The notes below the pieces were generated by a model that saw nothing but the letters and a program-made list of their open reading frames with translations, made no database searches and was not told where the DNA came from. A DNA stretch of 60,025 nt, counting the filler, from Jimgerdemannia flammicorona (lineage: Eukaryota), in the NCBI GenBank assembly GCA_003990765.1. It is 2 parts of 2 records of this genome, joined end to end, with 100 filler letters (N's around TTAATTAATTAA, not from the genome) between each part and the next. Parts side by side here need not be neighbours in the genome. Positions count along the whole stretch, not along the records: positions 1 to 29,964 come from RBNJ01000460.1; 1 more part is not named here. One strand, 5' to 3'. Made by a program: the position numbers and the translations under genes. The first letter of the stretch is position 1, and every line of letters begins with the position of its first letter. Below, in pieces: positions 11,925 through 23,591 of this stretch.

Positions 11925-11955
<31 letters not shown>
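11000..11955 (+). mobile_element. 3' end of an L1/Tx1-type LINE (zf-RVT-like remnant plus poly(A) tail)
   Basis: LNFRSRHLVDSGIFKYKECFNVE*ERERVVQTPEY*LEEYTIYSDFWEIV resembles the C...ETxEHxxxxC...FW zinc motif; poly(A) at ~11919-11955; left boundary approximate. Confidence 0.55.
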
Positions 11956-11956
<1 letters not shown>

Positions 11957-11959
11957 ATT

Positions 11960-13345
11960 AGTAAAGAGAGTAAAAAAGACAATTGTAAGACCTCTGCCTA
12001 TACTATCTATCAGATTGAGGATAGAATCTTTGAGACTATTATTAATACAGGGGCAGGAGAATGCCTTTTTAGTAAGAAAGTAATAGACTGTCTAGATTGA
12101 AAAATTGAAGAAGTTATAAAATTGATATTTGTTAAGCAGATAGTATAAGAGCCATCCTTTTGGAAAAGATATATGAAATATCTTTATCATGTTTAGAAGA
12201 GCAACCATTCTGATAGATATGATTGTCATAAATACTACTAATTATAATATTCTTATTAGCAATTAGTGGCTTTATAAGATTAAGACTATAATTGATATAA
12301 ATTTTCAGAAAATACAAATTATCTACTAAGAACAAAAGATATAAATTTCAATCAATATCAATAAAGAAGTACTATATAAGATAGAGAAATAAGATAGTAA
12401 GCAAAAAGAAGCTTATATGATAACTACTCAGAAGAAAAGAAGAAAATCAGATAGATTAGTAAAGAAGATTGATATAAGAAGATTACTAAGAATATATTAT
12501 ATAAAAAGTCTGTCCTCACAGAATTCAGCAATACTATATAAAGCATATAGATGAGTACTATTAATATATTGCTAAGATCTATAAGATTTACTATAAAGAG
12601 AAGGAAAAAAGGCAGAAGTAGTAAGAAAAGAAAGTCCAGGAGAATAAGTCACCAGTTCTCTTAGAGAATAGTAATGATGAAGAAGAAATCAAGATCAAGA
12701 TTTAGAAAATTTATCCTGATGTAGTTTTGTTAGAATATAAGTCAGAAAATATAGCTAGAATAAATATCACCATAGTTAAAGAAATAGTTCTTGAACTCCA
12801 GACAACTACTCTACTTATAACTGACCTAGAGATAACTATTTCCAAGGACTATATTGGAATACTTAAGACAAGAAGTGATCTAGTCAAAAGTGGAATTTCT
12901 ATAGAAGAAGGAGTTATCAATTCTAATTATATTAAAGAAATTCTACTCATTACTAAGAACTATAACTCCATAATTCTATTTATAGTCAAGAAAGACTATC
13001 TGGTATAAATACTAATCTTTCTAATACTATAACTCAAGATCTTAGAAGTAAAGAAGCTATAAGAAATAAAAAGAAGAAGGAAATGATTTAGATCTACAAG
13101 AAGAGGAGTTTTTGTTAATATTAAGATTACTGAATTAAACTATAAGAAGGAGAAAATCACAGATAAGTATAACTATACTATAGGAAATGAATTTTTATTC
13201 AAGAAAGAACTCAAGAAGCTATTTTATAAATTCAAAGATATTCTTACTACTGATTTCAAAGATATTAAAAAAAAGACACTATATTACTATTATAATATAG
13301 ATACAGGAGTCACTGAGCCAATCTACTAAAGAGTGAGACTAATGA
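11960..13345 (+). mobile_element. Heavily mutated family-A-like Ty3/gypsy fragment: protease - CPH module - dUTPase - RT start
   Basis: IINTGAGECLFSKKVIDCL matches IIDTGTGGYLISKKAIDCL at ~41620; VCPH at ~12510; LKTRSDLVKSGISIEEGVINSNYIKEI dUTPase; colinear with ~41600-42950. Confidence 0.85.
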
Positions 13346-14522
13346 ACAGAAGTTGCCCCTTTCTCTGCTACCTTACTGGTCACAATAGTTTAGTGGGCAA
13401 TCTTCTGAGTCCACTTTCCACAATTATTACCCCCTCTACCTCAGGTTGGTTTACTGTACCTGTTGCAGGGTAGTGGGAAGAAGGCAATAGTAATGAGTTG
13501 CCCCTTTATCAGTATTGGATCAGTGTCTTCTCTACTTTTTTTACAGTTTCTAATACCTTTAGCTGTGTTTAGAGTGCATTCATTTTGGTACAGTACCTTC
13601 TTCCTTTTGCTGTTACCAATAAGATATTATCTCAGTATGTTATAGGCTATATAGGAAGTTGGCTGATCTTGAGCATTAAGAGCTTAGTATAGGTTACCTG
13701 CAGATCCTCGGTATCTGTAGTGGGGCCCTCTGGCTTTGGCGAGCTTCTTGGTAAGTGTGGTTCTGGTATAGATGACTGCTTTTTGGGTGTTGTTGAGATG
13801 GGAGGGGAGATGGCCATCACAGATAGAAGGAAGGGCAATAATGGTAAACCAGTAGAGTATCAGGCTGGGGGTAGTTATCAAGGCTGGAATAGATACTGCT
13901 TTGGTGGGGCCTTTTGATTGGTGCAGAGCAGTTAGGTGGTAAGTGTCACTCTCAGCTTCTTTTGGTGATTTAGTGAGTTGGGCCTCAGTTATTGAGGGGG
14001 GTTGGGGGGCCTGAGACTACCCATTTCAGGCATCTTAACTACACTCAACTAGAACTAAGAGCTGATATAATAACATAATTGAGGCCTGCAGGCTTGAGTA
14101 GTGAGATATTGGAGGTCTCCTCCTGCCTTATATGTAAGTCCTTTACTTACCTTAACTGGGAGAACCAGGTCCTATCCATTATGATATACTTTGATGAGGG
14201 TTTTTTCTTTATCTGTCATTCTCTTTAGGGTGGTAGAGGCTATTCTATTTGGCTTAGGCATGGTCTTATACATATATTGGGGTCTCAGGCATACACTTTT
14301 GGTCATTGGCATATGGCTGAGTTCCCCCTGATGGTAGGGAGAGTATAGTGTACATAATGAGATATGGACCAATATAGACTCTGCTACACCTGGTATGGTT
14401 GAGTTGCTGGACAATAGCTAGCCTAGGTTAATGAGAGGGCAGTGCTTGATGGGTGGTGAGGGAGGGTTTTGGTCTATATAGTCTAGGTTTCCTTTCAATA
14501 AAAATCCATGAGACATTGAGTC

Positions 14523-14563
<41 letters not shown>
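13346..14563. repeat. Unclassified CpG-depleted repeat-like segment ending in AATAAA and a poly(A) run
   Basis: Almost no CG dinucleotides; AATAAA near 14497; poly(A) 14527-14563; no recognisable domain. Confidence 0.45.
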
Positions 14564-14565
<2 letters not shown>

Positions 14566-14691
14566 GGTACGTATTGAGAATTTATAACTCCAATAAAATG
14601 AACGATATCATGTCACTCTACCGGCACAACTGACATCGACACGCAAATCCCATCACTTACCCGCTTCCAAAAACCTCAAACCCCAACTCAC

Positions 14692-15823
14692 CTTCCCTTC
14701 CTTCGACAGAAGTGGCCCGTCGGCTCTCCCGCCCCTCAATCCAGCGTCAAGCCTAGCCGCGTCACGAGCAAGGTCCACACGTTCGCCTCCTGCATCTCCC
14801 GCGCGTTCACGCATGCGGTGCATCTCCTCGAGCATAACTTCTTCCTGCGCGACCGAGGTCAAGTGGTCGAGCGTGCGCAGTACATGTAGGTCGATCAGTG
14901 TCAGGACGAACTCGCGGTCGGCGTCGTCCACCTCGCCGAATTCGGCTGACGAGTAGGGCGCCGAGCGGGTGTCCGTTTGGGAGAGGTGGCGCTCGAGTTC
15001 CTGATTGAGTGGAGGGGAGAGGTAAGAGAGAGGAGGGGGCGAAATGCATGGCAAACAAAGCTGGAGGGGGGGAGTATTGTGTTTACCTCTATTTTGGCTT
15101 TTATCGCCTTCTCCCGCTGGAACTGCGCGATCTTCTGCGCCCGTGCGCTCGCGGGATCGCCGCCTCGCGTCACGGCACCATCTTTGATCCTTTCCAGACG
15201 GGTCTTATCTTCCGCGCGCAGTATGTCGTGCGTGTCGCAATTGAATAGAAATTGCTCAAAATAGCTCTATGTGGGGACGATAGCACACGCAAAGATTGTG
15301 AATCAAGTTGAATCTTCGAAATTTCAAGGCGAAATCAGGTGGAGGTACATCGACAAAAAAATAGTGTACCTTTGCTGTTTTTAATATTTGCACCCGGTCC
15401 CCACCCACCAGCCTCAGTGTAAGGTCGCCCTGGTACGATTCTACGAGCAGGAACCTATCAAGTTACGAAGCATGAGCGTAAATCAAACATTACATAAAGA
15501 GCGCTGTCCACATCCAGGATATGCCTCTCTTATTATCGCCAACCTCCAACCTGTTTATTGTTATCCAGAAATCTTTCGAAGGGCAAATCCAGTACTAACC
15601 TCATGTCCGTTGTATTAATATCCTCGACGATTTCGTTCACGCTGAATAGGGCGACGCGGTGCACGAGGTCAGCGGCGGTCTCAAAATGGGCCAAAGCGGC
15701 ACGCACATCGCGCTGGTAGGCCGCATCGGTTGTTGAGAGGCTTGAGGCCTCGAGCCGCGAGTGGAGCTCCTGCCCGGCGACGAACTCGCCGCGGAGGGAG
15801 AGGTCTGAAGTCGAATCTGACAT
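14692..15823 (-). CDS. TAP42: TAP42/IGBP1 (PP2A alpha4 regulatory subunit), 5' four exons only; 3' end absent
   Basis: LFSVNEIVEDINTTDMR|FLLVESYQGDL, ARAQKIAQFQREKAIKAKIE, DREFVLTLIDL and GPLLSKEGK are TAP42 hallmarks; intron donor at 14691 with no matching downstream exon. Confidence 0.9.
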
Positions 15824-16145
15824 GGTGTAAGTGATAATGGAAAGCCGCGTGTGCGCCTTATAAATTGGTCACGTGTTCTTGAGGGACTGCGAAATACTTA
15901 TTGAGTACAATGCAAACGTTAGGACCTTACCGATAAATCACACTGCATATAATCAATTCGTACTCTATAAAAAAAAAAAAAAAAAAAAAAAATCAATTCG
16001 TACTCATACTGATAAGACCTGTAGAGAATCGACCCAAATTTGATGCCATACACGTTAACTGCATTATTTTTCAACATCAACTCGTGCCCCCGAACACGTA
16101 ATTCTTTATTTGACTTCAAAAAACTTATGCACCTATATGATCATT

Positions 16146-16961
16146 TCACCCTCTACGCGACATCGCGATCTCCGCGTCTCCAGGCATCATCTTCTCCATC
16201 TTGAGCTCGGCCAGATTGAATACCAGGCTCCAAACCATGATCACGAACTCTGGCAGTGCGGCAAGCCCGTACAAGTAGGCCTCTTGCGAATTGATGGCGG
16301 CCGTCGCGGGCGAGGTCACGACGACGATCTTGTACACCAACTCAATGGTGGCCATCACTGATATGCCCATGATGGTGACAAAGTGGCGGACCCTCGGGCG
16401 TTCATTACCCAGCGACACAAAGTATCCAAAATACGCAGCCGTCAATAAAAGATGCACAATTCCGACAGCGAAGAGACCATATGTGGCGGCGTAGCGAAGG
16501 GTCTGGGCGTTGTTGAATTCCTCCAAGCTCTTGACGTCGAGCAGCTTGACGGTAGCGACAATGGACAGAATTTGGAAAAGCAACGTGGCGGCGCGGGCGA
16601 TGCGGAAGAAGCGGCTTTCCCATAGGGGAGAGGCCTCGCCCCGGCGAAGGCCATGCTGGACCCACTGCGCGAGGGCACCGTACTCGGCGAAAAGGACGAT
16701 AACGAAGCCAGCGGTACTGAGGATCTCGGCGACGTACACCGTCGGAGTCAGGGCGGTCGGATCGGCCTCTTGGGACCAGGCAGCGCGTGTGGCGTAGGCA
16801 ATGGCCCGGATCAGGCCGAAAGTGCAGAGGTACGTGTATGGCTCAAAGCCCCTGGTTTGGATGGCACGGTAGATCATGAGAAGTTCGACAACGAAGAAGG
16901 CGATGCAAGCAACCACGGCGGGGATAAGGGAGGGGGCGGTAAGAGCGAAGGGCAAAGCCAT
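16146..16961 (-). CDS. RTA1-like multi-pass membrane protein (271 aa, intronless)
   Basis: About 7 hydrophobic segments; PSLIPAVV, GLIRAIAYATRA and EAYLYGLAALPEF resemble RTA1/Rsb1 motifs. Confidence 0.8.
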   Translation of the reverse strand: MALPFALTAPSLIPAVVACIAFFVVELLMIYRAIQTRGFEPYTYLCTFGLIRAIAYATRAAWSQEADPTALTPTVYVAEILSTAGFVIVLFAEYGALAQWVQHGLRRGEASPLWESRFFRIARAATLLFQILSIVATVKLLDVKSLEEFNNAQTLRYAATYGLFAVGIVHLLLTAAYFGYFVSLGNERPRVRHFVTIMGISVMATIELVYKIVVVTSPATAAINSQEAYLYGLAALPEFVIMVWSLVFNLAELKMEKMMPGDAEIAMSRRG

Positions 16962-17129
16962 TGTTGATTAAACTGCGTGAGCGATGTGAGTGTTATTGAA
17001 AGTTTTAATGTGGAGCAATTTGGAATGTATGTGAGGTTGTGATCGAGTAATGGAAAGAATTGTTTAAATGATGCTTGGATCTCGTCCCTTATAAATGTCG
17101 ACAATGATACTTTCATATTTTATTTAACC

Positions 17130-17323
17130 TTCAACTCAACTGGCTCAATTCAAAATCAAACACCTCGCGCCACCGCGTATATCGATCGCATTTGGTCAGA
17201 ACGCGCCGATCTTACTGCGCTTCAACCTCCCTGGCTCAATTCACGAATCAAACACCTCGCGCCACTCGCGTATATCGATTACATTTGGTCAGAACGCGCC
17301 GATCTTACTGCGCTTCGACCTCC
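17130..17323. repeat. 2 x ~92-bp tandem duplication upstream of the RTA1-like gene
   Basis: ctggctcaattca..aatcaaacacctcgcgccac..gcgtatatcgat..catttggtcagaacgcgccgatcttactgcgcttc present twice. Confidence 0.9.
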
Positions 17324-17400
17324 CGGTCAATACTCTACAAATCGAGTAATGCAAGTCACGTCCACCCAGACTGATGACTTCCTCGTATACTCATACGAAG

Positions 17401-17697
17401 TTATTCTTCATTAGAGAATGTTTTCTGTAGTGGTAGCCAAAAATATGAACAAGGAATGGCACCGAGCATTCTCAATGAAAATGCCAGCTTATCATTCGAC
17501 CATAGAGAAAAGTTCAGCGTCGTCGCACTTGGCGAAAGCAGCCCAATAAGGTTCCTGCCCGTTCCAAAAACTCTGCTCATCTCAACCACGTGCGCCAAGA
17601 ATGTGACTACCGTAATAACAATAGCTCCGACAGTACGGGGGAGGCACGAAGCCAGCAATGATTGAACCTTTACTGGTAATGGCCCGTTGCCATGACA
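17401..17697 (-). pseudogene. Possible frameshifted remnant of an RTA1-like paralog N-terminus
   Basis: With one frameshift reads FVPPRTVGAIVITVVTFLAHVVEMSRVFGT, resembling the first TM of the adjacent gene; same strand. Confidence 0.3.
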
Positions 17698-19911
17698 TTG
17701 TGCGATTGGCTATACCTCTAAGCGGTTAGCCTCGCTAAAAAGTGATGACAATAGGGTCATATTGTGAGCGCAAGCCCATGCGTTCTAAACGAAGCCCAAT
17801 TCCAAAATTGAAGACCTCCAGGTCGACAGAGAATGTCGTTGAGAATTCTGATGTCAGACACCCTTGTATATTAGTTCCATTATTTTCATTTACCAATTTT
17901 ATTTGTATGCACAAATTAACCCAAAAATGCGTTGTTTACCAAAACTGTGAAGGCGCCGAATTTCCCCGTACCCCGCAAATTCCATTCCGCGATAGAGCAA
18001 CACGCGGACGCCTTTCATTTGGCGTTCGTGACCAATTAAAGTCATGTAAGTTGCGGTATACATCCGAGGTGGCAAGTCTATAATCGACCTACGTTACACA
18101 AGGCGGCAAGCTCGGAAACGAGCCGCCACATAGAAAATTATAATAGGTTTAATAAATAATTAGAATAAGGTCTGATATAGCTAGCAACTCAGGACCATCA
18201 CCCAAAAATGAGGCTTATTCTTTAAAATACATAAAAAAAGAGGTTCACAAATTTATAGCTAAATAGTTTTCCTACAATGCAATAAAGCTATTTTTGAAAA
18301 AATGTTTGTGTAAGTGAGAGTAATATCGCCCGTCAGTATAGACTTAGTGCACCATACGCTAATTAAATAGAGGGTTTGGATCAATTTGATGCCAGGGTGT
18401 GTGATCACATTTTTCAAATCCAAAATACAATTGACACAGGCGTATCAGGTATCGTATATACTCATTAGAAAACATGGTAGTGCACTAGATGATGGTACTT
18501 ACATCCCGTTGACGTCACTAAAAACACGGGAATACCTTGCAAGGTTCAGGACGCCGCCGAATTCCCCGTTTTGCTTATGGAAAATTGCAGATTGTTGACG
18601 ACTCAAACTGATATCACGCCCCTTAGGTCATGAGGGCTTACTGTTTGCCAATATTATCTCCTTGTCTTAGGCAGCACTCCCGGTGAGGGTTTTCATATAC
18701 ACACATTCTTATATATACAACCATTTCCCAACAAGGTCTCATTTCATGAATACGAATGCTGCGGACGTAATTGATTGCTTAAGCCTATGTAATTTCGTCC
18801 TACTGGTCTACTTCTCAGAGTTCAGTGCAGTTCTGCGCGTAACCCTTCCATTATGTCATCCTTCGTGCAATCCGAATAGTTGTACTGTTTATCGGCATTG
18901 AATTATCCGAACATGAAGCGGGATTTTAGGCCTTGAGATTTTGATACATTATTATTTATATTGGCTCATCTTACTAAATAAACACAACCGGGATCTCAAT
19001 CGGATCGAGTCGTCATGACAAATGCAACTGTTGTTGTCACGATGCTTCGTGGAAGGTCAGGATACATTAGCACGTGACCATTTTTTACTTATAAGGCCGG
19101 TCCGGAAATCTGCTCTTTCCAAAGCGAGTGTTCCAATTCACAAGTAAATACTGTTTCCCAGCCGAAAGTAAACGAAGAATTGGCGCTTTTGAGAACAGAG
19201 GGAGGCCATGATGATTCCACGTACGCTAGTAGAGGTTCAATTTCATGAAATGCTAAATGCTATTGCGTGGTGGAGTTCCACATAAAACTGTATGGCAATG
19301 CATTCCCATGTTTCATGTTTCATGAAGAACCCCATTCGAGTCAGCCATGTGCTGGATTCTTATTATTATTCCCATCCTTATTTATTTTTTTATTTTATTT
19401 TTTTATATACACTAATTCCCACATGGCGGCAATTCGGTTGATCGGACGATCGATCTAAAGCCTGTGAGTATGAAGCTTATACAGTAGAGTACGCTTGATA
19501 GTGAGATGGTTCACAGGCCACGCCACGAGGTCGTTCCTTCTTTGGCGGATCCGTACCTCACACTGCATTTGGGATTTATAAGATGCCCCTGTTCCAGGTA
19601 GCTGCATACGCTTGGCATTTTAAATGTCAGACGACCTCTGCCAAATCCTGCTGAGATCTGGAATGCATGCCACTTAGATCTTGGGATTACTCGCACGATC
19701 AGACTGTGCCGTTTTGTGCTAATTCAAGCGATTTCGAGTCCCAGCTAAGAGATATTAGACGTCTGTTGATGCCACTAAAGTTTCTCGTTTGTCCGACCAC
19801 GCCCAAGTAATGTTACACAGCCAGCCATCACGTGGGTTCCCATCGATTTAACTTTGGATCATCACCTGGCTACCAAGACCCATCATAATCTTCGAGGAAT
19901 CTAACACCCGC

Positions 19912-22233
19912 ATGGCGACGAACTACCGCGACGTCCAGCAAACCTGGAATCCGTCCAAGACAACAGAGCGCACGCCGGTGGCGTGCACGCGGTGCCGGCG
20001 CAAGCAGGTCAAGTGCGATGGGGCGGCCCCCCGGTGCCGGCGGTGCGAGTTCTCTGACGAGGACTGCGTGTACGTGAAAGCCTCGAGATTGCAGCCGGAC
20101 CCGACAAAAACAGCGGAAGCCGAGATGAGGAAGGCGCAGACTATGGAGCGGAAACACGAGAAGCTGCTAAACGAGGTGAAGAGCGTCGAGAGGCAGATGG
20201 AGAGGATGAGGGAGGAGATCGATTCGTTAACGTTTATCACCCCCAAGGTCGAGCCGGAGCTCGAAATGCAGCGCGACGGCTCCCCATCTTCGGACGTAAG
20301 CATCCCGCCACTCAGAGGGTCTGGAAGTCCCGAGCAGGCGGTTCCAGACTCTCCTGATTCATGCGCTTTCCCCGGATCTCAAGGAGTGCCTGAGCCATTT
20401 TTCGTTGAGCAGAGCAATTGGACGACGGACGTCAAGCCATTGCGACAGCGCAAGCGGCGACAGGTCGTTGCGAATTGCGCTGGGTATTCCATATATCTAG
20501 AGAACCCACGACAAGAAGGGGATGTGGATTCCGAAGAGAATGACAACGGCTCGGGCCTGCAGGTGTCGCACCTCAGGAACAACAATTACGCGGTGAAGTC
20601 GTCGGGGTGGACGTTCACGATAACTGGCCATGGCGTACGAATCCAGACGGATATCCAGAACGTACGGCAACTTCAGGAATTCCTCTCGGCGTCGTTCCCG
20701 CAGCTCCCGAAGACGCCGTCGGAGCAGCGGCGGGGCTATAATACGACGGCGCGGATTATGTGGAGCAACCACACGACAAAATCTGTTAGGGGGATGCTCG
20801 AGAACGAGTACGATTCCGACGTGGCGCTGCACAGCCGCGAGCACGAGCTGTTGGCGTACACGCGCGTACACGAGCGTGAGATCATGCATTTCATCTTCAG
20901 GACGTGGCTCGGGCGCGACTCGGACAACCCAATCAAGAGCAAGTACCCGTGCAAGCTGATCTACATGGAGAACTACGCGGGCAAGCGGAAGATGTCGCTC
21001 GACTTCCAGACGCTGCTCTACTCACTCGGCTGCACCGTCGCCCAGCACGCATTCACTTACCACGAGTTCCCGTGTCCCAATCCCCTCCCTGCCGGCGTGA
21101 CGAGAGCGCGGATGGGAAAATTTGTCAGCCAGTACTTCTACCCGCGGATGAAAGACGCCGTGTTCACGCTTATGGAGGACCCCAAGCCAGAGTCCTTCAC
21201 CATGATCGCTCTGCTCAACATCATCTACCACTTCTTCCGCATCGCCGAATTCCACCTTGTCTCGATCTACCTTAGCATGGCCGTCCGCATCGCCATCCTT
21301 GCCGACTACGAGAGCAACGCTACGACGGCTGCGAGCCGCATCCACGGATGCATCATATGGAGCTACCTCATCGGCTACGACGAGAGCCTCGCCTCTAACG
21401 ACTTTCCGCCCGTCATCCCTGACCACGAGCACAGGCTCGACAAGATCTCCCGCGCCGTCATGAGGGAATCCGCCACGCTCAACCACGACGAGCAACAAAA
21501 CGTCGCCTATATTCGCCAGTCCATCATCATGCGCGACATCTTCGACACCTTTTATCGCGACGAAATCTCCCAACCCGATCCCTCGGACCGTAGGCGTCTC
21601 GAGAACGCATGGACAGAGTGGTGGAACTCCCTCCCGTCATCCCTGCGTCCTGAAACCATCCACTGTTCCATGAGCGTCGCGTCTATCATGACCGCAAAGC
21701 AGATGACCATGATCCGCGAGATCGGGGTCATGGATGTGAACGTGCCGTTCGTCAATTACCGCGGCGATGCCTTGTCCGACTCGGACTCGGGCCCAATCCC
21801 GCTGGCCCTCCACGCCACCCGCGTGAGTGCATCATGCGCGGTGAAGATCACGAAGCTAATCCTGGCCATGCACCGACATCCCAGCTGCCGGTTTCCGCTG
21901 TTCGAGCTCAGGCGCGCGTGCGAGGTGCATGTGATCAACATCGCGTCCTCGGATTCAGCGCTGGCAGGGCCGGCGCGCGCGTGCGTCGCACTATCATGGA
22001 AGATATTGAGGAGTCTCGAAGGCGAAGTTAAGCCCGCGGAGTTTGTCAGCTGGCTGCACGAGGTGATGATGGAAAATGGCGTGAATGTCGAGGAGGCTGA
22101 GGTTGTCGAGAGGGAGGTCGTGGAGGAGGGGGATGGTAACGAGCCGGAGAAGAGCGAGTGTGATTGGTGGGATTGGGATCAGCCATATGAGTTTTGGGAT
22201 CGAATCGGGAGGAGGGGTTCGCTGAGGCGGTGA
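19912..22233 (+). CDS. Zn(II)2Cys6 fungal transcription factor (773 aa)
   Basis: ACTRCRRKQVKCDGAAPRCRRCEFSDEDCVY cluster, then coiled coil and middle-homology-like region (YLSMAVRIA...IWSYLIGYD). Confidence 0.95.
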   Translation: MATNYRDVQQTWNPSKTTERTPVACTRCRRKQVKCDGAAPRCRRCEFSDEDCVYVKASRLQPDPTKTAEAEMRKAQTMERKHEKLLNEVKSVERQMERMREEIDSLTFITPKVEPELEMQRDGSPSSDVSIPPLRGSGSPEQAVPDSPDSCAFPGSQGVPEPFFVEQSNWTTDVKPLRQRKRRQVVANCAGYSIYLENPRQEGDVDSEENDNGSGLQVSHLRNNNYAVKSSGWTFTITGHGVRIQTDIQNVRQLQEFLSASFPQLPKTPSEQRRGYNTTARIMWSNHTTKSVRGMLENEYDSDVALHSREHELLAYTRVHEREIMHFIFRTWLGRDSDNPIKSKYPCKLIYMENYAGKRKMSLDFQTLLYSLGCTVAQHAFTYHEFPCPNPLPAGVTRARMGKFVSQYFYPRMKDAVFTLMEDPKPESFTMIALLNIIYHFFRIAEFHLVSIYLSMAVRIAILADYESNATTAASRIHGCIIWSYLIGYDESLASNDFPPVIPDHEHRLDKISRAVMRESATLNHDEQQNVAYIRQSIIMRDIFDTFYRDEISQPDPSDRRRLENAWTEWWNSLPSSLRPETIHCSMSVASIMTAKQMTMIREIGVMDVNVPFVNYRGDALSDSDSGPIPLALHATRVSASCAVKITKLILAMHRHPSCRFPLFELRRACEVHVINIASSDSALAGPARACVALSWKILRSLEGEVKPAEFVSWLHEVMMENGVNVEEAEVVEREVVEEGDGNEPEKSECDWWDWDQPYEFWDRIGRRGSLRR

Positions 22234-23591
22234 GATGGGGGAACTTTTTTATATATTTTATCTACTGTAAATACTTGTAAAAACTAGATTATAAGAGACA
22301 GCGCTTGCCACAAACGGAGCAAAGAGAGTATAGCACACCAGTGGTCTAATTTAGTTCATTTAATCTTACAGAAACACCATCGCATCGTTTGTTAATATTG
22401 GATCTGGATTTTCCCACACACTGACAACAGAAGAGGATGGTGACCTTTTATCGATGGCTTTTAATCTGAAACCCCATGATCGACCATGGTTAAGCTTTTT
22501 TTGTTTAAAAATATTATCTCATTCCGCTCTCCGATTCGGCTTTCCAAACCGTTCTGTTAAAGTATATATGCCTGAGGAAAAGAGCCAATTCTCTCGGAAC
22601 GAGAAATTGGGAATTACGCAAGGCAACCAAACTGGATATTATCAGACGCGAACAAAACGTTTATTCACAAAGCCAAGATCGGCAAAGCGGGAAGTCTTCC
22701 CGCATGAAACCAGTGATCCGCACCTTGTGGTGGCACTGGAGGTTAGCCTACGGAAATGTCGGAATCCTGCTAAAGTTATCTTTCCACATCATTGGTTGTT
22801 ATTAATGTAATGGCTATAAATCGAGCCTTCGTCAGTTGGCAACAATCCCATAGATGAGCAATCCTTCAAGGCGTTGATTCATAAGCTTGGGAGGGGGGTA
22901 TGCTCGTCAGATGACTATTTGTTGCAGTATCTTGGCCGTCTGCCATCGATTTCAAGAATCGAGCGGGAACATGTAGGCTGCCTCTCCATTTCTCACTTCC
23001 CTCCCGAGACCAGTGTTCGTTCATATTTGCTGGGATCGATTGTGGAAGTTAGGCTTGCGAATTGAGTCCAATCAACCTTGACTTTTGAATCTATCTACAC
23101 GAATCAAGCACATGAGCCTTCGAAATCGTAGACATCACTCGAATTCGGTATGTTGTGTTCAGGACACACGCGGTTCAAGCTAATTGAAACGCTGAGGATA
23201 GGGCAATAATTTCCGCGGCGGGAAGTTTTTCGCGAGGGAGCTATGCCCGTAAGCGGAAATAGAGGACGGATGAATCGGACATTGGGCAAGGCGTTTATGG
23301 AGTGGTGACGACACTCGGGACGCCATATGAAATCTGTGCGACACCAAAGAGTCACGTTGCGTTGAAACGTGCCTAGAAGAGAGACTTTTCATTCTTTTCT
23401 TGCTCGATATCAAAAAGAGTTATATTTGCTATCTATACACCCCACAAGCCGAGACACACGTCTTCAGTCCCTACCACCTTCCCGCCTTTCCCCCTTCTTC
23501 ACACCGACCACCTTTCTCCAACTTCCCCAGCTTCCACTCCTTTCCTCCTCCCCCCCCACACGCAACCACCCAACCCACCCACCCAGCAACC

